A stretch of DNA of 64,000 nt, from NCBI GenBank assembly GCA_002189035.1, contig NEEC01000024.1:816677-880676 (forward strand). The letters are read 5' to 3'. The stretch's first letter is position 1; every line of letters begins with the position of its first letter. The DNA comes from Utricularia gibba. Its lineage: Eukaryota; Plantae; Magnoliophyta. Positions 1-13,362 of this stretch are shown one piece after another. A model generated the notes under the pieces. The model saw nothing but the letters and a program-made list of their open reading frames with translations, did no database searches and was not told the origin of the DNA. The position numbers and the translations under genes were made by a program.

Positions 1-1237
1 GAATACAACTGTCACGATTTGTAAACGGTTTTGAAAATAAAAGGTGCGAGAAACGTTGATGATGAAGCTTGATTAAGGGAATAATAAGGGTTTTGAACAG
101 ACAACTGAAATAAACGTAAGTGATGAACCTTGATAGAGTGAATGCTCCTAGGTTTGGAATTCTGTCCAGCTATATTCGTTACGTCTTCACTCTTCTCTGG
201 TCTTCTCGAGTACTCGGTTATAGGAGTAAGGAATTGCATACCCTCCCTTACACTCTCTTGCAAGAAGACACAGGAATAGCCCGATGTTGCTCCTCCTTGG
301 ACGAACGTGAGAATAAGAGGTCCTACCAACGTACCCTCACGGCCGAATTGCGCGCGTGTGCCCGAGTGTTGTCAATGACCCAATGAGTCCAGATACGAGG
401 TCACTATCTGTCCATTGATCCTGAGGTACTACCACAGACAAAACGTAGTCTTCCTCCTGCCAAAGGGGCGTGAGTTGGAGCTTCCCACCTTGCTCCTCTC
501 CAAAACCCGCGGGTAGTTATCAGCTAACCATGAATCTTGAATAAGTAGACTGTTACAAAAAGACTGCAACATAGTCGTGCGAAGACATACGAAACCCGTT
601 CGGATTCAAAGAAGAGATGAAGATAGGCTAACAAAACATAGATCTGGGGGTGTCCTCTAGAGAGAACAAAGTGTCTAGCTGCGAACAGCCATACAAACTA
701 AAGGAACGAAAACAAAGTTCTAGAGAGAAACTATAGGAAAATCCTCTAGAGAGAGAAAACAAAAGGGAAAACTAAACTAACTATTGCTTGTCCAACGTTT
801 GAACAGAACTGAACTTCAATGTGAGTCTGAGATTTCTTGTCCCCTTAGTTCTGCTGAACTTGGGATGACTTGCAAGCAAACGTTTGCTCTGGCACTGGTA
901 TGCTAATGATGTCGCTTGCTAGAGACTCCCGTGTTCCGCACGTCAAGGCTCATGATTAGGCATTTGCAGTCTTTCGGAAATCAAGGGAATGTCAACTCGA
1001 GAAGATTCAATTTGTCATCATCTGATGCGCTCTTTCTTTCACTTCCTGCCATGTGTGTGCCTCTAGAAAAACTCAATTAAAACTAGCAAAATTATTAGAT
1101 AAAATACAAGATTTAGGATAATTACCCTAAACTAGATAAAAACCTAAATCTCATATTATGGACTCCTAATTAGACATTCCTAATCACAATTAAGCATAAA
1201 AGCAACCCAAGAAATAGTAAGAAAATGACACTTAACA
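1..1237 (-). mobile_element. LTR (family B, terminus TGTTAAGTGTC), 3' end runs off the window edge
   Basis: The minus-strand start at 1237 (plus strand gaaaatgacacttaaca) matches the start of the solo LTR at 14741. Segments near 10-330 are visibly homologous in reverse to 15600-15926. Confidence 0.75.
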
Positions 1238-1813
1238 CTATTTTTGTTGATGCATTTGTGTTCCTCTTGTATAGGTGATTTCGATTTCAACCTAGAAATT
1301 GAAAAGGTTGCTAAGAGGAACCACAAAAGAGCGATGGAAGCAGCAAGGTTGAGAAGACTCCATGCTGCAATATAAGTTAATTTCATCATGACAGAACAGG
1401 TGAAGACCCTAAATGAGCTTGACGCAGTTGACCATACATACAAGGGTTTGTGAATCAGGTTTTCTGATGACACTGCCAATGAATTGAAGCCATCTATAAT
1501 TCATTTTCTACCTAAGTACTATGGAAAGATCGGAGAAAACCCACACGAATATCTGGATAATGTCATCGATTTGAGAGCATTCCAATTTACACTAGAGGGA
1601 AGTTCAAAAACATGGTTCAACTCGCTGAAGCCTGGAAGCATCATAGACTGATCAAGGATGAAGAAGGTATATCTCAGCAAGTATTTTCCTGCTTCCAAGG
1701 CTGAAGGGATATGAAAAGAAATTTGTGACATTGAGCAATCAAGTGGAGAATCTCTACATGAATATTAGGAGCGATTCAATCAACTGCTTGAATCCTGTCC
1801 TCATCATGGTTTT

Positions 1814-3173
1814 TGGTAAACGAAAAATTTCCTAATGTCGTAAAAATAGATATTCCGTTATCAAATAAATTTATAAGCCCTAATCTACACAAGATACAAA
1901 TTTAGAAAACTTGTATAATGAATTTTGGGATCGATCACAAGGAGCTTGTGCTTGCTAAGTGTTTCAATAGATGTAGAATTCGGAATAATAGTGTGTCTTA
2001 GTCTAAGCTCAAACTAACAGTAGTAAACAAGTTCAGTAAACAAGATGAAGTCTCAATGCTGAAAATAACAGATACTAGTTTTAACACAGACTAATGCGAA
2101 GATGCCTTAAGGGTCTGCAAGTGGTGTGGTGCTAAGATGCCTAATTTAGTTTACCATGTTCCTATACTCACAACTTCAAATAACCTAAGTCTACCCAGGT
2201 CATTCATCATATTTTCGACTGAGTTAGTCCCAAATATCATCATTAACATTGAAAAAAGGTCTATCAGTATGCAAAGTATAGGTCTACCCGATTCTGCTGG
2301 TTCTACCCTGTACTAATACCTACTATGCTTGCCTTGATTTGTTGGTTTACCTCAAAATCAAGCATCTTAGTTGTGAAGCTACTTGTTCCCCTACTCAGGT
2401 CTACCCATGGAATAATTAAAACAAAAACTAAGAAACAAACATAAATTATATCATTAACCCTAGACCCACATCACCATACTTCACCTTAAGGCATCCCTAA
2501 AGTTTTTAGCTATTCATATATGGAAGATAAAGCATGTGTCGTTAAGATAAACTGAAGAAAATAGCAAAGACATTGTAAAACAACAGTCAAAGTAACAAAA
2601 TATTCAGCAAACTAAAGATAAAGTAGAGTGTTTTGTTCACGATCTGCTAGTGTTCACTGAATTGGGCTTTCGATGCTGTTCCTCAAGTCTTTGGTCTTCC
2701 TTCTGGAAAAATCACCTTCATCTTCCTTCCTTCGTGTTCTTCCTCTCCCCTCCTAGCGTCTGGTCGTGTTCTCCTCCTTCTCCCCTCTTCAAAAATATCT
2801 TTCTTTCTTTTCTTTTCATTTTCCAAGGTCAATACATTGTTCCTGACATTTGTACTGTTGTTGGTCTAAGCCTGCAGGTTGTAGACAGCATAACAGTGCA
2901 GTATGTCTTCTCTTTTAATGCTGCCCATTTTTCCAAATCTTTACATGCACAAAATTCATGTTTCCTCTCTGATTTTAGAACTTTGCTGCTGGACTAGAAA
3001 AAATGTTAATAACATGAAATTGGCTAAATTAAAGGATTTAGCCATTAACAGATAAAATCACATTATGTCCTAAAATTTTATAAAAATACTAAAAACTATA
3101 AGATAAACACTTAAAACATGATTTAAAAGCATAATTTTCTTATTCTAATAATAGGAAAATTAGTGTGTTATCA
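1814..3173 (-). mobile_element. Solo LTR (family A1, 1360 bp), TSD GTTTT
   Basis: Minus-strand termini TGATAACAC...TTTACCA. GTTTT at 1809-1813 and 3174-3178. Homologous to 4828-6226. Confidence 0.92.
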
Positions 3174-4827
3174 GTTTTCATTCTACTTCTTTGGTGAAGT
3201 ATTTTTATGATGAATTTCTATATTCTGATAGAGCAATGGTGCTTTCAGCAACTGGAGGATTTTTGAGAAAAAAGACTCTAACGGCGGCTCTTCCGTTGCT
3301 TGAGGAGTTGGATGAGCACTCCAGGCATATCATTAGGAAGCAAGCTTCAAACAAGAGAATTTATTAGGTGGAGTGCAAACTAAAACCATCAAAAAGGAAG
3401 CTCAAAGAATGTTGTTGTGATGTCTGAGATGATGAATGAGCTATTTTTATTCCAAACTAAGAAAACGCCATGTGGGAACTATCGCCGACTTGGACATCTT
3501 GCTGATAAATTTCCAGAGTTCTTTCAACAGGAGCACTTTAAGGCTATGGGGGATTCAAAGCTTCAACTCAAGGGAAAATATGATCCATATTCGAACACTT
3601 ACAATCCAGGTGGGAGAAATTACCCAAACTTTCATTGGAACAACAATAATAATGTGTACAAGGGAGAAAGTTCAAGGATGGGGCAAAAAAATCTCCAGCG
3701 GAATTTTCAAGAGCAGCAACAACGTTCTTTCAGTCTCCACCATTTTAAAAACAAGTCCAACAACCTCACTGCCAAAATAATGTTGGAGGAAATTCTAGGA
3801 ATTCTTTAGAAGAAATGTTGAAAATGTTAATGGTGCAATCAACCAAAAATGAAGTGGAGAATTGACAAGCCATCAAGAATTTGGAGACTCAATTGACATT
3901 GGAGTTTGGAGAATTAACCAACAACATCATATTCAAATTCTGGTGGAAGAATGAATTCCAGCGCCATGACATTGAGGAACATAAAGGGGAAATTAAATGG
4001 GAATTTAGTTCAATCTATGACTTAAACAGATGAGAGGCAAGAATTTCATGTTTTGGTTGAAAATAAGGAAGATGTGATGGTTCATTGGAAACCTACGAAA
4101 GTGAAGATCACTTAACCTCCTTTTTCTGGTAAGTTGGAGACAAAAGATGAACATGATGAGAAGGAGAAGATTTTGAAGATCTTGGGTAATACTCAACTTA
4201 ATTTGAATATTTTGGACTACATTTCCCTGGTGCCACGAAGTGTCAAATATTTGAAGCACCTTTGCATGTCCAAGCCCAAGATGAAGAAAAAAGGAAATGT
4301 ATTTTTAAGTGAGAGTTGTTCAACCTTTTTAACCCAAAAACTTCCAGAAAAATGCAAGGATCCGAGTATATTTTTTTATTCCTTGCAAGATTGGAGATTT
4401 GAATATCAATGTGATGTCATAATCAGTTTATGAAGCTCTTATATTGGGACCTTTGCAAGCTTCTGGAGTACAAATTGAATTGGCAAATCAAAGTCTAATT
4501 TCTTCCAAAGGGTTGCTAGAAGATGTCTTAATTCGAATTGAAGATATGACATTTCCAACTGATTTTAATGTGGTCAATATGCCTGCTAGAGGATCAAAGG
4601 ATACTACCATAATTCTGGAAAGAACATTTCTGAGCACATCTAATGCTATTATCAATGTGAAAATGGGGACAATTGAGTTATCTCTTGATAAAGAGAGGAT
4701 TTTACTTCAGATGAAAGATGTGACAGAGTATTCTAGTGATTTTGAAAATATTTGTTCTATGGAATCAACTGAAAGATTCTTTGAAGAACATATAGAGAGA
4801 GAAAATGATAAAAAGGAAAAAGGATAT

Positions 4828-6226
4828 TGATAACACACGAATTTTCCTATTATTAGAGTAAGAAAATTATACTTTTGAATCATGTTTTAAGTGTTTATCT
4901 TATAGTTTTTAGTATTTTCACCAAATTCTAGGACATAATGCGATTTTATGTGTTAATGGGCTAAATCCTTTGATTTAGCCCATCGCATGTTATTAACATT
5001 TTTCTAATCCAGCAGCAAAGTTCTAAAATTAGGGAGGATACATGAATTTCGTGCATTTAGAGATTTGGAAGAAGGGGCACAAGACACAAGGAGGAGACAT
5101 GATTAATATTCAACCGCCTACAGTCTGTAGGTTCAGGCCAGGAACAGTACGAATGTCAGAAACAGTGGATTGATTTTGAAAAATGGAAAAAAGATGTGAA
5201 GATATTTTTGAAGAGAAGAGAAGAGAAGAAGAGAGGAGAGAGATCCAAGGAGGGGCTTCTCCCCCAACACGACGAGTACTGAACCAGGAGAGGAGAGGAA
5301 GATCTTCATCCTCAAGAACAGCATAAGAGCCCAGTCTAGCGCTACTGTTCCGGCTAGGGAACAGTAGCAGACGGAAATCAGAACTCTTATTGCTTTATTT
5401 TCGTTTGTTAATGCTTTCAGTTTCTACAACCAACTCTTTCATGATGTTCTTGACATTTTCGTTGCTTTATGTTAATGTTATCATGTTTTACCTTCAAAGC
5501 ATGAGTAGCTAAACCCTAGGAGTGCCTTGAGGTGAAGCATGGTGGTGGGGTCTAAGAATCTTAATAAAATTTATCATTCTTCTTTAGTTCTTGTTTCTAT
5601 CAAACCATTGGTAGACCTAAGGAGGGGAACAAGTAGCTTCACAATTTAGATGCTCGATTTAGAGGTAGACCAATAAATCAAGACGTGAGCAATAGGTGTT
5701 AGTCCGGGGTGGAACCAATAGAACCGGGTAGACCTAGTTCTATATGCTTTGCATGCGGGTAGACCTAATTGCAATGTTGGTGATGATATAAAGGACTAGC
5801 TTAGCCGAAAGTATGGTGAATGACCTGGGTAGACTTAGGTTATTTGAAGTTGTGAGTATGGGAACATGGTAGATTAAATTAGGGATTTTGACACTACACC
5901 ACCTACAGACCCTTAAGACACCTTAGTATTATTCCGAGTTAGAACCAGTACTTGTTACCTTAGCGTTAAGACCTAATATTGTCTACTTATCTTGTTTACC
6001 GAACTTGTTTACCACTATTGGTCCGAGCTTAGACTAAGACTTCTTGTTATCTCGAATTATGCATTTACTAAAACACTTAGCAAGCACAAGCTCTTCATGA
6101 TCGACCCCGACATCCACTATACAAGTTTTCCAAATTTGTATTTTGTGTAGATTAGGGATTATAAATTTATTTGATATGGATTTTCTATTTTTATTGCAAC
6201 GATATTAGGAAAATTTTCGTTTATCA
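4828..6226 (+). mobile_element. Solo LTR (family A1, 1399 bp), TSD GATAT
   Basis: Termini TGATAACAC...CGTTTATCA. GATAT at 4823-4827 and 6227-6231. Confidence 0.93.
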
Positions 6227-6549
6227 GATATGAAGAAGTATTTGTTAAAGAATCAAATGTTGAGGTGAAGACGGGGCATTTGAATGCTGTAGAAGTTGAA
6301 CCAGAAGATAGATGTGTGAATTTCAAGCCTTCTGTAGCTCACATGAAACAGGTTTTGATTGATATTGAGAAGAAAAATTCCAGAGTTAGTCTTATCATGG
6401 ACCAAGAATCAACATTGCTTGAAGGATTCATCCAAAATCCAAAAGAAATTTTGGATAATGTTAAAAGGGAGAATGTTGGTATTAATTATTTCAAGAAAAT
6501 TGACGGATCTGAAGATGCTTACATGGAATATGAGGATTCATTCCTATAG

Positions 6550-7999
6550 CTCTTCCAGTTCTTCATGCCAAACCTGGGTAGAATGATCTTTTTGAAGAGA
6601 TTAATTATAGCTCTTCCATCGATTCCTGGAACTGTAAAAGCTTCTACCCATTTTGAGACATAATCCACCACCACAAGAATTTGGGTATTGCCATGAGATG
6701 AAAGAAAAGGACCCATAAAATCCAGACCTGAAACATAAAAAATTTCCACCTCCAGAATATATGTCATAGGTTCTTCATGTCTTTTGCACATATAACCCGC
6801 ATGCTGACATGGCTTGTATACTTGAATAAATGCCCTCACATCTTGGTTCATGGTGAGCCAATAAAATTCAGATTGAAGAATTTTGAAAAGCGTATTGGAG
6901 GATGTTGCATGTCCTCCATATGGTGATGAATGACAGTGCCAAATAATGTCTCTTACCTCCTCTGGGAGTAAGCATCTTCTGATGATTCCATCAGCACACT
7001 GTTTGAAAAGCATAGGTTCCTCCCAAAAATAATATCTTGCTTGTGCAAGAAAGCACTTCCGCTCATTGAAGTTCAGATTCTGGGGCAAGACACCTCTAGC
7101 AAGATAGTTCACTAAATCAGCATAACATGGTAGAGTTGTATCTAGGATAGCTAGGATATCTTTGTTGGGAAAGAATCATCAATAGATGACTACCCCACAC
7201 TTGTTTCAGTCCATAGGCATGACAAATGATCAGCTACTCTATTTTTCTTGCCCTTTTTTTCATTAATTTCAAGATCAAATTTTTGGAGAAGTAGTATCCA
7301 TCTAATCAACCCGAGCTTTGATTCCTGCTTGCTCAAAAGGTATTTCAAGGTAGCATGATCCATATGAACAATTACCTTAGCACTCACCAAGTAGGATCTG
7401 AATTTTTCATTGACGAAGACAATTGCTAGCAATTCCTTTTATATGGTTGTGTAGTTCCTTTGGGCTGCATTGATAGTTTTGCTAGTATAATAAATCACAT
7501 GAATTACCTTGTCTTTTTTGTACCCTAGAACAGCCCCTAAAGCACAATCACTAACATCACACATCAGCTCAAATGGTAAGGACCAATCTAGTGATTGAAT
7601 AATAGGTGAAGTAACAAGAGTTTGCTTCAGCGTGTTGAAGGCATGCACGCATTCTACATCAAAACAAAATTTCGTGTATTGCGCAAGCAGCATTGTTAGT
7701 GGTCGAGAAATGTGAGAAAAATTAGTAATAAATCTCTAATAAAACCATGTATGCCCCAAGAAGTTTTCTGATCCCTTTTACTGTAGTTGGTGCTGGTAAT
7801 TTTTCAATCACCTCAATTTTTGTTGGATCCACTTGAATGTCTTTGGATGAAATGTAATGTCCAAGCACAATGCCTTCTTCTACCATAAAATGACATTTCT
7901 CCCAATTGAGCACCAAGTTGCACTCAATACACCTCTCCAAAATGATGCCTAGGTTCTATGAACATGAATCAAAATCAGCCTCATAAACAGATATATCAA
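6550..7999 (-). mobile_element. Athila-like pol fragment (C-terminal RT, RNase H, integrase zinc finger and core), pseudogenised
   Basis: RT: LVLNWEKCHFMVEEGIVLGH. RNase H: FELMCDVSDCALGAVLG and IVHMDHATLKYLL. Integrase: CHSSPYGGH and GLDFMGPF...VDYVSKWVEA. The domain order is Ty3/gypsy. Confidence 0.92.
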
Positions 8000-9263
8000 G
8001 GCCCAAATTCACATGTTATGAGCTTAGGCCTTGATGACATGTTTCCAAAAAAGGAACATAAGGCTCTATTATCTTATCAACTTAAACTCATAGGGAGATT
8101 AGATATAGTATAGTGAAAATCACATAGGAAGAGGTAAGACAAAAGAAAGTCATTCACATAGCATAGTAAGTGTGGTATGGACAACATGTTTAGTTTAACT
8201 AATACTACTCCCTACATAGACTCAATGTTTAAAGAACTCGTAAAGACACTCTAGAAACACAAGGATTAATTTTTGCACCAAAAATGACCGGTAATGAGGT
8301 TCCTTCCCCAATGACTTGGATCACAGCACCTAATCCTGTCTTTCCTCCTCATTTCCTGAAATAATTAGTGGTCTAGGCACTGAATGCAATGCAAAAAATC
8401 AAGAAGGCCATGTAGAGCAAGTATGTAACCATTCAGAATAAAGTCTCACTAGAAAACATGAAGTATAGGCAGCAACACTAACATATCATGAGTCCATTAA
8501 CTATGTGACCATTAATGTGTATGGTTGCACTCTCTTGATCTCAATAAGTTCAGTTTGGCAACCTTAGAAACGAAGATCAAAATGTTTCTTTTGGCTTTGG
8601 TCTTATGATACCAGTAGAGGGGTGCCACCCCCTTTACCAACTTCATATAGTTACAGCCCTTTTTTCCTTTCCTTTCAATTCCTCAACCTCATTCTATTTG
8701 GTGGCTAAATCTCCATAAGGATTGCCTCAAGCATGCTTGACATATAGGAATGTATATCCTGATAACACATATTTTTGAGTGTTTAGGAGTAGGAAAATGT
8801 CTAATATTTTACCACAAAACTCAAGTTCTAGCATGAATTTCTATGCTTTTGTGACTAGTACAACAGTCGTGCATTTTATTCCTAATTGAGACTAAAGCTC
8901 TGTTTGGAATTCATTCATTTAAATTGCTTCAAAAAAGTATTTTTTTTTTTAAAAGCATTCTTCCAATAGCAAAAAGTGTTTGTTATACTTCAATTCTGAA
9001 AAATCTAAAATCTATTTGATAAAATCAACTCTAAAAAGGTAACTTTTATTTTAATTACCATTTTACCCTTTTATATTTTAAGTATATATTAAAAAAATGA
9101 AAGACTATCCAAGTTATCCATCTTCTTTCTTAGGGTTTGTCGATTGGGCATCCACCTTCATACAATGAATTTTTCTTGGATTGAAGACTGTCGACACTTT
9201 CATTGGTAATGATCATTTTCAAAAACTAATTATTTTTATTTCTTGGATTAATTTTCAGTAAGC

Positions 9264-10584
9264 TTGGAGAAAATGGTTGAAAAAATTGTTGCGAGTGTTT
9301 CATCGTTAATTGCTCAATGTTACCAGAATCGGATACGCATATTGCCATGTAAAACTAGGAAGTATTCGGGAGCTGAAATGTTAAAAGATTTGTTAAATGG
9401 AAATCCAATAAGATGCTACAACAAGTTATGGATGAGTACTCATGTTTTTCACCACATTTGTGAGTTGTTGAGAAGTTATTATGGTTTGAAACCTATTGGT
9501 AATCTTTCAATCATGGAACAAGTTGCTCATTTTCTTTAATATGTTGACCAAGCTCATAATCAGCATCACCTTGCTGAGGAATATCAGCATTCAAGTATGA
9601 TATTTATTTAATATGCTCTGAAGTGTTTTTAGTAGGTATTTTGTGGATAAATGATTCATTTTATATAGTATAGCATGGACAATTAATAGATCAATACGTT
9701 CAGTTGCTCAAGCTTGTTTGAAGATGTCTAAGGATTTGATTTATTTGTTTCGACCTCATAATATGACCCTCTGGAAATTCAAAATGATGATCGTTATGCT
9801 CGATATTTTCAGGTTATCTACTAAATCTTAAACAATCTTTGTTGTTGATATCATGGTCTAATTTACTTCAGAGGCAATAGATGGCACTCATGTTGATGCT
9901 ATCCTTCCACCTAAAAGACAGATTCCATTTATTTGGAGGAAAGGAAAACCGACTCAACATTATGGCTGTGTGTGATTTTAATCTTTGTTTCACCTTTGTT
10001 GCTGCTGATTCGGAGGGTGCAGCCCATGATTCACGTGTGCTTAATGCTGTCATTTTTTATTCACAATCTAGATTCCAAATGCCACCACAAGGTGAAGTGA
10101 TTAATGCTTATTATAGTTATAAGAGTAATGATTCTAATGTTTATATGCTGGAAAATACTATCTTGTGGACTCTTGATATGCAAATAGGAAAGGATTTTTA
10201 GCTCCATATAGGAGGGAAAGATATCATCTTCCAGAATTTCATCGAAATCCTTCAGTTAAAAATGGAAGAGAACTATTCAATTTCAAATATTCATCACTTC
10301 GAAGTTCAATTGAAAGATCATTTGGAATATGAAAGAAGAAATTCAAGCTAGTAACTAGCTTTTCTTCACACTTATCTTGGAAGACATAAGTTAGGTTTGT
10401 GATCATCACAATGGCTCTACAAAATTTTATTCGAATCATGAATACTGATGATCTGGACTTTTTAGCTGATTTGGAAGAGTATGATGACCAAGATCCCATT
10501 GATGTTTCAAATGATAATCAAGATGATTCAATGGATTTTTTAAGAGATATGATCCGAATGAAGATGGAAGCAGACAGAAGTTAA
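9264..10584 (+). pseudogene. PIF/Harbinger DDE transposase, disrupted
   Basis: Motifs AIDGTHV, NIMAVCDFNL...EGAAHDSRVL, YLVDS, GFLAPYR and SSIERSFG. Has introns, stops and frameshifts. Confidence 0.9.
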
Positions 10585-11268
10585 AGGCATTTCGTTAGTT
10601 AAAATCTAGTGTTTTTCATTGTTTGTTTTTCAAAACTTTTTTATATGATAGCTACAATCTTATTTTTAGTTTCATCTTTTTGGATTTTTGTTAATAGTCT
10701 GTTGCTATATATTCTTCATTTGTTTAGTAGTTCATAAACATTATGCCAATGGAATTGTAGAAGTTTGAGTATTTCCTTTTAAACATCTCTTGAATGAAGT
10801 TTGAGTTCAAACCTCAGCTCAGAAGCAGTAGGTACATGTGTAAAACACCTCATGACAATCCCATGATAAGCCACTTGGTTATATGAAGAGAGCATTAAAG
10901 AAAAGCAAGGACAACATTGATTTGAAAGGGAACAAGTGTCTTCATATCAGAGCTACTCATCCTCTAAAGCAAAGTCCATCACATTGACTTTATCATTTGG
11001 TAGCATGTCACGATAGCAATGAGAAAGATGGTCAAAGCTCTAGTTTTCCTCCTAAGTACACCTTCCCACACTTGCTTTCCTATGACAAAATGAGCAACCC
11101 ACCGCCAAATTCTAATCCCCTCATTTAATATTATTTTTGTTACATGCTAGATAAAAAAAAACTATACATCAGCAGTAGACTCAAGTTTGAAATATGCATA
11201 ATACATTATAATCAAAAATAATAATAGTCACAAAACAATTCAAAAGTTCACAGATTATTCTTCTTCAT

Positions 11269-12505
11269 TTAAAAATAATGAATATCAAAATCATACTTTA
11301 GATAGCCTACTCTCTCTGCATTGTCTTTCGCTAACAACCAAATATTGTGTTTGGCTTCCACAGCAAACATTGACATTGCGTGCACATATAACTCACTCCC
11401 GAATGCAACTTCAGTGCAACTTTCTAAGATATCCAAAAATGTACTTATCTCTTTTTTCTCATGATCTCCAACAAACTTGTCTCTTGATGGCCCGACAACT
11501 TCTGCCATCTTCTCCAATGCCTTAGCAATCGCATTACATTCACTTGCCCTTGGACGTTTTTTTTGTTGGCTCTGGCTCTTCTAATAGGTGATTTCAATCC
11601 ACTTTGGCTGCACGGTTGAGTTGGCGTGGTCTCTTGTGGCGAGATATCAATGTCGTCATCAAAATCAATGTTCTCAAAATCTCCAACTGTGCCTTTTTCT
11701 TCATCTGGTGAATTACATGAAAAGTGACCAGAAGTTGGATAAGCTACTGAATCTCTTGTCACCAAGATGTCATTAAAGGGAATTTCTTGCTCATCCATCA
11801 AGATAGTAGGACCTTTTTTATAGCATCTCGCAGTCTTCTTAGCCTGTAACACAATTAGATCTTGACATTATGCTGAAGATTTTGCTGCTATATTATGCAT
11901 CAATTTAAAAAAAAAAAATCCTAGACTAAGCACGTATGAAGATAAAAAAATGAAAGTAAGAAGTTATCCATATTCTACAATTAAAAAAAATAATATCATC
12001 AAAAAATAAACCAAAAAACCATTTCACAATGAAAATAATTCCATCAATAATTCCACAACATTATATGTCACACATATGAATCAAAGCTTATTAAACACTA
12101 CATGAGTACCTAACTTTTATAAAAAAAAAAAAAAAAAACCAGACTTGATTCAAGTGCATGTAGTTAATATACAAAAAACCAAAACATTACCTTCAGGTAT
12201 TCAATCAACCAAGCATCCGGCATATCAATGCCTCCATTAGGCTTAAAACCAATTCCAGTCTGTTTTGTCAACTTAACCCACACATCCCAACCGGTTTTCA
12301 ACTTATCCCATTTGTTCCTCAATTGCTTTCGAGAAAAATTCTTACCGGATAAAGAATTAAAATTCGTAATGACATTTGCCCATCCTGTTTTATTGAAATT
12401 TTTAATAGACTTGTTTCCTACACGAACCTCTACAACACATACCCTAATAAAAAATTTGACCAATTTTGGATCAGCCCATAAAGCACAATCCTCATCTCCT
12501 TCCAC
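11269..12505 (-). pseudogene. PIF/Harbinger Myb/SANT-like DNA-binding protein (ORF1), disrupted
   Basis: ALWADPKLVKFFIRVCV...FNKTGWANV...QLRNKWDKLKTGW...TGIGF is typical of Harbinger ORF1. The second exon spans a frameshift. Confidence 0.85.
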
Positions 12506-13362
12506 TGAACCATAAAATCAAGAAATTTGGACAAAAAAGTTGGAATGAGAAAGAGGTGAGAATGAAGAAGAAAGAGAATTATGTTAAAGAATTACCAAGA
12601 ACCCTAACTTGATGTGAATGTGAGAAATGAGGAAAAACATCAATATAAATGGTCACAAAAACCAAAAAGGGTAATCGGAATTTTATACATACGAAGCTTC
12701 CAAAATCTAAAAAAAGCTGGGGCAGAAGCTTCAATGTTTTTTTTGAAGCTCTCTGAAATTTTTGCTCCTTTTCTAGCAAAATTTTATACTGTTTGATAAC
12801 AATTTGATTTTTTAAATTACTTTTTAAAAGGAGAATCACTTCCAAACAAATCTTAATTTATAATTTAGTCCCACCGTTAGTTTTAATTGTTGTTTGGAGC
12901 AATGCAGCAATTGTCAGCCAACTCAATTCAATAGGAGCCAAAAATAGCACAGTAAAATTGCAGAAGATAAGAATAAAAAGTTAAAGTAAGTACAATTAAA
13001 TCCCAAGAAAGAGAAGAAAGGGATTTTTGGAAATGATAGGAGAGAGAAGAGATATTGATCCTTGAACCTTGCGTCACACAGAAATTCCGGGGGGGGTGGA
13101 GGGAGGATTTGAAGAAAAATCGTAAGAACACACAAAAGAACAAGGAAGATGATTCAGAAGCAAAAAAGCTCTACTTTGAAGATTTCTTCCGCTCTTGAAG
13201 AACAATATTCCTAGTTTAGAACAATTCCATCTTTACTATGTGAACTATTTACTTTTTCTGTTTCTGTTATGTACTATTTGTTGTTGTTTGACTTTGACAT
13301 CAGAATGTTGCTTAGTATATGTTATAAAAATGCTTTCTTTTCCCTTATCATGAGTAGCTAAT

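Larger units (their letters stand above)
1238..6549 (+). mobile_element. Decayed Athila-like Ty3/gypsy gag-protease region, interrupted by two solo LTRs
   Basis: The gag CPHHGF...LLVKYFYD motif rejoins across the insertion at 1814-3173. Protease-like KCKDP...IELAN...KGLLEDVLI...FPTDF lies at 4130-4830 and the frame resumes after 6231. Many stops and frameshifts. Confidence 0.85.
8896..12853. mobile_element. PIF/Harbinger DNA transposon 1 (3958 bp), decayed, TSD TAA
   Basis: Imperfect TIRs AGCTCTGTTTGGA / TCCAAACAAATCT. TAA at 8893-8895 and 12854-12856. Contains convergent transposase and Myb/SANT genes. Confidence 0.88.

Noticed and set aside
10840-11130. Possible cargo inside Harbinger 1
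   Set aside because: No coding signal. At most it weakly resembles retroelement non-coding sequence.
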